Positions 6,905 to 11,804 of a stretch of DNA of 11,804 bases are shown here, one piece after another. Source of the stretch: a bacterium. Lineage in GTDB: Bacteria > UBP7 > UBA6624 > JBBIMK01. The DNA lies in the NCBI GenBank assembly GCA_037444445.1, contig JBBIMK010000042.1:1-11804 (forward strand), read 5' to 3'. Made by a program: the position numbers and the translations under genes. Position 1 is the stretch's first letter; each line of letters begins with the position of its first letter. The notes under the pieces are model-generated. The model made no database searches and was not told the DNA's origin. It saw only the letters and a list, made by a program, of their open reading frames with translations.

Positions 6905-8022
6905 CGGAGCGGAAGGGAGGCGTTCACATTCATCCCCGCCCTGAGAACCGCCGGCGGGTTCACGGGGCGAGCCTTCACACGATACACTTGATTGATACGC
7001 TCCTCGGGGGTGTAGATATTTCGCGGGGTGAATTCTGCTTCCCGGCTGATGTAGAAGATTTCTGCCTCAAAAGGCTGGTGAGGATACGGGTCGGCAACGA
7101 TTCGGAGTCGTGTGCCTACTGCCAGTTTATTCAGGGCGCTCTCGGGCACAAAGAGTTCAATCCAGATGTCGGAGGTATTCAGGAAAAAGAGGACGGGCTG
7201 ACCCGGGGCGGCAATTTCGCCGGGCTGAATCAGCACCGTTTCTACGACGCCATCGTCGGGTGCGAAAATGGACAGGTCGGCAATGTCCAGTTCCAGACGC
7301 CTGATTTCCGCTTGAACCTGCCTGACCCGGGCTTCTGCGACGGCTAACTGGTTGGGCGTTGCCCCAGCCAGAAGCCGCTGAAGCACCGCTTTCCGGGCCG
7401 CCACCGAAGCCTCAGCGGCTTCAATCTCCTCCTTTCGCAAGCCAGCGGTCACCTTTGCCAGCCGCTCCCGGGCGGCGTCCAGTTGTGCCAGGAGGGCATC
7501 CCGTCTGGCGATGGCGGTATCCCGGTCGGAGGCGCTCACCGCTCCTTCCTCAAACAGGCGAAGCACCCTCTCCGCCCGCCTCTGTGCTTCCTCATATTGT
7601 GCCTGGAGGGCGGAGACCTCCTTTTCTGCTGCGGCAATGTCCTCTGCCCGGAAGCCTGATAGGGCCTGGCGGTATTGGGCTTCTGCCCCGGCGAGTTCAG
7701 CCCGTGCACGCTCAATTTCCTCCTTCGTGGCACCTGCTTTGAGGTCTAAAAACTGAGCCTCCGCCCCTGTTAGAGATTCCTCTAACACCGCCTTCTGAGC
7801 CCGGAGTTTAGAATCATCCAGCCGTGCCAGGATTTCCCCCTTCTTCGCCGTCTGTCCTTCCTTCACAAAAATCTCAACGACCGAGCCGCCCATCCGGCTT
7901 CCAAGGGCATATTCCTGCACTCTCACCATACCCGAGATTTCATACGCACCTGCACCGCAAGAAACGCTCCCATACACCAGAAAAATCCACACGCTAACCC
8001 GTATCGCCAGATGCTTTCCCAT
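6901..8022 (-). CDS. HlyD-family periplasmic adaptor / secretion protein (YbhG-like)
   Basis: This is the track ORF 6901..8280 trimmed to ATG 8022 (MGKHLAIRVSVWIFLVYGSVSC...), which follows GGAGAGAGGG. The upstream part of the ORF is antisense to the tRNA. It has a signal anchor, a lipoyl-like segment (VKEGQTAKKGEILARLDD), a long Ala/Glu/Arg-rich coiled coil, and a beta-barrel C-terminus (DIWIELFVPE). Confidence 0.85.
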   Translation of the reverse strand: MGKHLAIRVSVWIFLVYGSVSCGAGAYEISGMVRVQEYALGSRMGGSVVEIFVKEGQTAKKGEILARLDDSKLRAQKAVLEESLTGAEAQFLDLKAGATKEEIERARAELAGAEAQYRQALSGFRAEDIAAAEKEVSALQAQYEEAQRRAERVLRLFEEGAVSASDRDTAIARRDALLAQLDAARERLAKVTAGLRKEEIEAAEASVAARKAVLQRLLAGATPNQLAVAEARVRQVQAEIRRLELDIADLSIFAPDDGVVETVLIQPGEIAAPGQPVLFFLNTSDIWIELFVPESALNKLAVGTRLRIVADPYPHQPFEAEIFYISREAEFTPRNIYTPEERINQVYRVKARPVNPPAVLRAGMNVNASLPLR

Positions 8023-8097
8023 CCCTCTCTCCGCTCTCCTTTCGCAGAGTTTCCGCTTTTTTGAAAGAAACCGTTCCTGCCACCTGTGCCGATTACA

Positions 8098-8106
8098 ATC
8101 ATACCA
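8098..8106 (-). promoter_or_regulatory. extended -10 promoter element TGGTATGAT for the HlyD/ABC operon
   Basis: The minus strand reads TGG (8106-8104) TATGAT (8103-8098), about 75 nt upstream of ATG 8022. It is divergent from the tRNA-His promoter. Confidence 0.35.
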
Positions 8107-8131
8107 CCAACAATCTACGCACCCGAAACAT

Positions 8132-8158
8132 TTGAGAAGGAGCGACGGATGGTATAAT
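8132..8158 (+). promoter_or_regulatory. promoter of tRNA-His: -35 TTGAGA, 15-nt spacer, extended -10 TGGTATAAT
   Basis: TTGAGA at 8132-8137, TG at 8150-8151, TATAAT at 8153-8158. The tRNA G1 lies 13 nt downstream at 8172. Confidence 0.5.
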
Positions 8159-8171
8159 AATCTTGCTGAAT

Positions 8172-8244
8172 GCAGGCGTAGCTCAATGGTCAGAGCGCCT
8201 GACTGTGGATCAGGAGGTTGTGGGTTCGAGCCCCACCGCCTGTA
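8172..8244 (+). tRNA. tRNA-His (anticodon GTG), 73 nt, no encoded CCA and no encoded G-1
   Basis: Hand-folded cloverleaf. Acceptor GCAGGCG/CGCCTGT (G1-U72 wobble, then 6 Watson-Crick pairs), U8. D stem GCTC/GAGC with a GG-containing loop. Anticodon stem CCTGA/TCAGG with loop CTGTGGA (anticodon GTG at 8205-8207). 5-nt variable loop AGGTT. T stem GTGGG/CCCAC with loop TTCGAGC. Discriminator A at 8244, followed by TGG. Confidence 0.9.
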
Positions 8245-8249
8245 TGGGA

Positions 8250-9719
8250 ATGCCCGACAAAAATCGTCGGGTCGCAGCATTGAATAGAGGAGGAAATTCT
8301 ACGGGGAAAATCAGGGTCAGGCTATTGAAGGGGTTTCGGGATTATTTGCCGGAGCAGATGATTGCCCGCCAGCAGGTGCTGGAAAAGATTCGCCGGGTGT
8401 ACGAGCGATACGGCTTCATGCCCCTGGATACGCCCGCTTTAGAGCATGCCGAAGTCCTTCTGGGGAGATACGGAGAGGAATCGGATAAGCAGATTTACCG
8501 ATTTATCACGAAGGATGAGGAAGATGTGGCATTGCGGTTTGATTTAACCGTGCCTCTGGCTCGCGTGGTGGAGCAATATGCGGATTTACCTCTTCCGTTC
8601 AAGCGGTATCAACTGGCGGCAGTGTGGCGGGTGGATAAGCCGGACCCCGGACGGTTTCGGGAGTTTTTGCAGTTTGATGTGGACATCGTGGGGAGCGGGA
8701 GTATACTCGCGGATGCTGAAATTATCGCCGTGATGTGCGAAGCGATGGAAGAACTGGGCGTTCGCTATCAGGTCCGCTTCAGCAGTCGCAAGGTGTTGAA
8801 TCTGCTGGTGAAGTGGGCAAAGGTGCCGAACCCACTCACATTGCCCGTATTTCGTGTGCTGGATAAAATGGACCGCATCGGTTTTGAGGGCGTGGCGCAG
8901 GAACTCACCGGCGGTAGAGTGGATGCCTCCGGCGACCGCATCCCGGGACTGGGGCTTACCGGAGAGCAGGTGGATACCATTCAAAGATTCCTCCACATCC
9001 CGCATCAAACTCGTCAGGAAGCCATTACCGGGTTGAAAAACCTTTTCAATGGTGTGGAAGGAGCGGAGGTAGCCATTGGACAGTTAGAAGAACTCTCCGG
9101 GCACTTGAATGTGATGGGCATCCTGGAGGAGCAGGCACGAATTGACCCGGGGCTTGCGAGGGGGCTGGATTATTATACGGGCCCCATTTATGAGGCTTCT
9201 CTACTGGATGCGCCCGAGTTCGGCAGTGTGATAGGCGGAGGGCGGTATGATGAACTCATCCAGCGCAGAGGGGTTTTCATCCCTGCCACCGGCTCCTCTA
9301 TCGGTGTGGACCGCCTGATGTCCGCACTGGAGAAGATTCAGGGAAGAGCAAAGAAACGCTCCCCCGCTCAGGTGCTCGTTACGGTTATGAACCCTTCCTT
9401 CTTGCTGGAATATCAAAAAATAGCCCGGGAGTTGCGTAATGCCGGCATTCACACAGATTTGTATATGGGGCAGGAAAAAAACATCGGGAAGCAAATCCAG
9501 TTCGCCGACCTGCTGGGTATTCCCCTCGTGATTATCGCAGGAGAGGACGAGTTCTCTAAAGGCATCGTCTCGGTGAAAGACCTCAGCGCAGGGAGGGTAA
9601 AGAGCCGGGAAATCGCCAGCCGCCAGGCCTGGCTGAAGGAACGAGCCGGCCAGGTTTCCATCCCACGACCTCAACTCGTCCAGGAAATCCTCCGACTGCT
9701 CCGTGAGGCGAAGGGATGA
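8250..9719 (+). CDS. hisS: histidine--tRNA ligase (HisRS), divergent archaeal/eukaryote-like / Caulobacter-like type
   Basis: KGFRDYLP N-terminal motif, histidine-A LRFDLTVPLAR, motif 2 WRVDKPDPGRFREFLQFDVDIVG, motif 3 GGGRYDELI, histidine-B PATGSSIGVDRLM. The C-terminal anticodon-binding domain (VLVTVMNPS...GIPLVIIAGEDEFSKGIVSVKDL) rules out HisZ. The end at 9719 is firm. The start is uncertain: the track start 8163 overlaps the tRNA, and in-frame candidates are ATG 8244, ATG 8250, TTG 8280 and TTG 8325. Confidence 0.88.
   Translation: MPDKNRRVAALNRGGNSTGKIRVRLLKGFRDYLPEQMIARQQVLEKIRRVYERYGFMPLDTPALEHAEVLLGRYGEESDKQIYRFITKDEEDVALRFDLTVPLARVVEQYADLPLPFKRYQLAAVWRVDKPDPGRFREFLQFDVDIVGSGSILADAEIIAVMCEAMEELGVRYQVRFSSRKVLNLLVKWAKVPNPLTLPVFRVLDKMDRIGFEGVAQELTGGRVDASGDRIPGLGLTGEQVDTIQRFLHIPHQTRQEAITGLKNLFNGVEGAEVAIGQLEELSGHLNVMGILEEQARIDPGLARGLDYYTGPIYEASLLDAPEFGSVIGGGRYDELIQRRGVFIPATGSSIGVDRLMSALEKIQGRAKKRSPAQVLVTVMNPSFLLEYQKIARELRNAGIHTDLYMGQEKNIGKQIQFADLLGIPLVIIAGEDEFSKGIVSVKDLSAGRVKSREIASRQAWLKERAGQVSIPRPQLVQEILRLLREAKG
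8253..8271 (+). other. stem-loop in the tRNA 3' trailer / hisS 5' region
   Basis: CCCGAC (8253-8258) and GTCGGG (8266-8271) form a perfect 6-bp stem with a 7-nt loop AAAAATC. No U-tract follows, so it is not a canonical terminator. Confidence 0.35.
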
Positions 9720-9782
9720 TAGATGAAATGCCCTGCCACGATAAAAGGTAAAGTAGCAGGCGGGGGCAGGTGATGGGATAAA

Positions 9783-11501
9783 ATGATGCGGGCGTATCCG
9801 GAGGAGATTCGCAAAGTGAGAGTGGATGGCCAGTCGTTGACCATCCCTCAGGTGGTGGCGGTGGCACGCAACCCGGCGGTGAAAATCCTCTGCCCGCCCC
9901 CTCGTCTGAATGCCCTGAAAAAAATGCATCTCAGGGTCATCCAGAAGTGTGAGGAAGCCTTTGACTTTTATACGCACACTCCTGACGATGAAAAACGGGG
10001 AGTTTTGATGCGGGAAAAATCCATTTACGGCGTCACCACAGGCTTCGGGGCTATGAAAAAAACCTATCTGAAATCCCTCAAAGATGCGGAAGCATTGCAG
10101 AAGCAATTGGTCATCAGCCATGCGGCGGGCGTGGGGGAGAAATTCACCATAGAAGAGGTTCGTGCCCTGATGCTGATTCGGATGAATACCTTGATGTCAG
10201 GGAAGTGTGGGGTTCGCCCGGAAGTGGTGGAACGCCTGCAAAAAATGCTCCAGATGGGCATACATCCTGAAATCCCGTCCCAGGGGTCGGTGGGCGCCAG
10301 CGGAGACCTGGCTCCTCTGTCTCACCTGGCTCTGGCTTTCATCGGGGAAGGAGAAGCCAGAGTGCAGGGTAAGGTTTATGCCGGCAGAGCCCTCCAAAAA
10401 AAATTCAAGAGCCTGGGCCTGGAGCCCACCTTCTCTCTGCAGGTGAAAGAGGGGTTAGCCCTGGTGAATGGCACTGCGGTGATGACAGCCATAGCCGCCC
10501 TGACTTGCTACGATGCGGAGCGTCTTTTACAATATGCCGACCTATCCGGCGCTATGACCTTAGAGGCGACCCTGGGCTCCACTCGCCCCTTTGACGAACT
10601 GGCGGAGAAAACCTTCGCAACGGGGGGACAGAAGGAATCCGCACGCCGGGTCAGGCATCTGATTCGGGGCAGTCAACTGGTGAACCGGAAAGAGGCAGTC
10701 CACGATGTCTATTCCATTCGCTGTATTCCCCAGGTTCACGGAACGGTGAGGGAAGCCCTTCGCTTCGCTCGCTTTCTGGTGGAAAAGGAACTGAATGCCA
10801 TCTCCGATGACCCCATCTTCTTCACAGAAGAAGAAATCCGCCAGCACCCACCCATAGATGGCTGGCTGACCCGCCTTCACTTTGAAGTGGGCAACTTCCA
10901 CGGTCAGATGGTCTCCCTAACTATGGACACTCTCGGCATTGCCCTGACCACCCTGGGAGCCATCTCGGAACGCAGAATTCAATTGCTATTAGACAAGAAT
11001 TTCAACGAGGGCTTGCCCCCGAATTTGATTCACAATCCAGAAGGGCTCTATTCCGGGCTGATGCTGGCGCAGTACACCGCCGCCTCCCTCGTTTCTGAGA
11101 ATAAAATTTTAGCCCATCCCGCCTCTGTGGATTCCATCCCTACCTCCGCCGGTATGGAGGATTATGTAAGTATGGGAACCATTTCCGCACGGAAAGCCCG
11201 AAAAATCTTAGAAAATGTGGAGCATATTCTCGCTATAGAACTCCTCTGTGCCTCTCAGGCTCTCTCCTTCCGAACGGGTGAACTGGATTGGAAGCCCCCG
11301 GACCCCGGTGCAGGAAAGACTATGGGGCAAGCGGGCCAGGGCACCACCACCGCCCTGAAAGCCATCCGAAAGGTGCTGCCACCTCTTATCGCTGACCGAA
11401 GGCTGGATGAAGACATCCACAAAATACGCCAGTGGATGCTCTCCACCCCACTCACCTCTTTTTTGGGGCCCTCTTCGCGAAGGAAGAGACAAAAGTTGTA
11501 G
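9783..11501 (+). CDS. hutH: histidine ammonia-lyase family (MIO-dependent aromatic amino acid lyase) protein
   Basis: 572-aa ORF with AGGTGA 9 nt upstream. MIO-forming Ala-Ser-Gly in SQGSVGASGDLAPLSHLAL, IYGVTTGFG, and LQKQLVISHAAGVG. The Ser-His at the substrate-selectivity position is as in histidine ammonia-lyases, versus His-Leu in TAL and Phe-Leu in PAL. The N-terminal pattern V.VDGQSLTIPQVVAVAR is typical for the family. Confidence 0.85.
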   Translation: MMRAYPEEIRKVRVDGQSLTIPQVVAVARNPAVKILCPPPRLNALKKMHLRVIQKCEEAFDFYTHTPDDEKRGVLMREKSIYGVTTGFGAMKKTYLKSLKDAEALQKQLVISHAAGVGEKFTIEEVRALMLIRMNTLMSGKCGVRPEVVERLQKMLQMGIHPEIPSQGSVGASGDLAPLSHLALAFIGEGEARVQGKVYAGRALQKKFKSLGLEPTFSLQVKEGLALVNGTAVMTAIAALTCYDAERLLQYADLSGAMTLEATLGSTRPFDELAEKTFATGGQKESARRVRHLIRGSQLVNRKEAVHDVYSIRCIPQVHGTVREALRFARFLVEKELNAISDDPIFFTEEEIRQHPPIDGWLTRLHFEVGNFHGQMVSLTMDTLGIALTTLGAISERRIQLLLDKNFNEGLPPNLIHNPEGLYSGLMLAQYTAASLVSENKILAHPASVDSIPTSAGMEDYVSMGTISARKARKILENVEHILAIELLCASQALSFRTGELDWKPPDPGAGKTMGQAGQGTTTALKAIRKVLPPLIADRRLDEDIHKIRQWMLSTPLTSFLGPSSRRKRQKL

Positions 11502-11523
11502 CATTTTTGTTTTTTTATGATAG

Positions 11524-11529
11524 TATAAT
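11524..11529 (+). promoter_or_regulatory. possible -10 hexamer TATAAT upstream of the small Cys-rich ORF
   Basis: Perfect TATAAT in an AT-rich stretch 22 nt after the hutH stop and 32 nt before ATG 11562. No good -35 and no TG extension. Confidence 0.3.
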
Positions 11530-11561
11530 GTTTGACCGATGGCAGGAATAGGAGGTGCAAA

Positions 11562-11792
11562 ATGTGGTGGTGTGTGGTATGCAAGAGAGAATTTGATGAT
11601 GTTGAACTGGCCTTGAAGGTGATATGGGGGTTCGTCGACTCGGAGAAGGTGAAAAACGAGAATGACCAGTATTTCGCATTCACCCCGAAGTACTGTGCAG
11701 TGCCGCTGTGCAGGGCCTGCGCCGTGTCCTATATCCGGGCTGGTCCCTATGTCTGCCCTATCCCCTCCCCCTGGGACCTCCCTTCCAGGTGA
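11562..11792 (+). CDS. hypothetical small Cys-rich (putative zinc-binding) protein
   Basis: This is the track ORF 11532..11792 trimmed to ATG 11562, which follows GGAGGTG (11551-11557). 76 aa: MWWCVVCKREFDD...KYCAVPLCRACAVSYIRAGPYVCPIPSPWDLPSR. Cys residues are at 4, 7, 45, 50, 53 and 65 (CxxC ... Cx4CxxC). No family is recognised. Confidence 0.55.
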   Translation: MWWCVVCKREFDDVELALKVIWGFVDSEKVKNENDQYFAFTPKYCAVPLCRACAVSYIRAGPYVCPIPSPWDLPSR

Positions 11793-11804
11793 TACCCCGA
11801 AGCA

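Noticed and set aside
852-7756. Other overlapping track ORFs (e.g. 852..1097, 1283..1471, 1798..2013, 2106..2354, 2416..2733, 3037..3523, 4124..4570, 4837..5166, 5314..5562, 5727..6053, 6056..6430, 6988..7347, 7359..7742)
   Set aside because: All are nested in or antisense to longer ORFs that have clear family signatures. They are Pro/Arg/Gly/Ser-rich, as expected from off-frame GC-rich sequence, and lack ribosome-binding sites.
8163-8249. 5' extension of the hisS ORF from TTG 8163 (MLNAGVAQWSERLTVDQEVVGSSPTAC...)
   Set aside because: It is a read-through of the tRNA-His gene in the sense frame, and it would start inside the promoter-to-tRNA leader. This open frame is an artefact rather than coding sequence.
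8023-8280. N-terminal 86 aa of the 459-aa track ORF (6901..8280), including ...WGSNPQPPDPQSGALTIEL...
   Set aside because: This stretch is the antisense translation of the tRNA-His gene and the promoter region. The HlyD-like sequence begins at ATG 8022, which has its own purine-rich ribosome-binding site and a signal anchor.
8250-9719. Possibility that the HisRS-like gene is HisZ (regulatory subunit of ATP phosphoribosyltransferase)
   Set aside because: A complete C-terminal anticodon-binding domain is present, along with intact motif 3 (GGGRYD) and the histidine A/B motifs. HisZ lacks the anticodon-binding domain.
9723-9773. 16-codon upstream ORF (MKCPATIKGKVAGGGR) between hisS and hutH, with CCTGCC able to pair with either GCAGG (9756-9760) or GGCAGG (9765-9770)
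   Set aside because: It has no His codons, so it is not a histidine attenuation leader. It has no SD, and the stems are only 5-6 bp with large loops. This is too weak to call a regulatory element.
9201-10121. 306-aa minus-strand ORF spanning the hisS 3' end, the intergenic spacer and the hutH 5' end
   Set aside because: It is antisense to two well-supported genes. It has no recognisable motifs and no ribosome-binding site, and its composition (F/H/R/L/Q-rich) is typical of shadow ORFs in GC-rich coding DNA.
11489-11516. ACAAAA/TTTTGT hairpin followed by a T6 run after the hutH stop, as a possible intrinsic terminator
   Set aside because: The stem is 6 bp and almost entirely A-T, with a 10-nt loop, so its stability is very low. 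The T-rich tract could equally be an AT-rich promoter region for the next gene.
1-11804. Scan for CRISPR arrays, long direct or inverted repeats, transposase or integrase genes, and rRNA
   Set aside because: None was seen by eye. The repetitive-looking Ala/Glu/Arg-coding stretch at about 7350-7800 is the coiled-coil region of the HlyD protein, not a DNA repeat array.

Overview
Bacterial chromosomal window, GC-rich by eye except an AT-rich first ~450 nt (about 33% GC in the first 60 nt, hand count). Positions 1-8022 are all minus-strand genes. In order they are: a partial small ORF; a truncated, frameshifted PIN/VapC-like toxin remnant; a membrane-anchored zinc-ribbon FHA-domain protein; a tightly packed ELM1/DUF1022-like glycosyltransferase - carboxymuconolactone decarboxylase-family - lipoprotein operon; an MFS transporter; and a YbhG/F/S-like exporter operon (HlyD adaptor, ABC ATPase, ABC-2 permease). 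From 8132 the window switches to the plus strand with a histidine-themed cluster. A promoter-like element is followed by tRNA-His(GUG), a full-length histidyl-tRNA synthetase, a histidine ammonia-lyase-family MIO enzyme and a small Cys-rich ORF. The most interesting observation is the tRNA-His. It has no encoded G-1 (T at -1), a G1-U72 wobble and an A73 discriminator. That is the non-canonical identity set known from the Caulobacter-type divergent HisRS/tRNA-His pair. It sits directly upstream of a HisRS whose motif-2 loop and insertion domain look like that divergent class. A second recurring signal is five extended -10 elements (TGnTAT[A/G]AT). Three lie only 10-13 nt from a start codon and one lies 13 nt from the tRNA 5' end, implying leaderless or very short-leader transcripts. 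No CRISPR array, rRNA, transposase or long repeat was seen. All similarity statements are by-eye motif recognition, not database searches.
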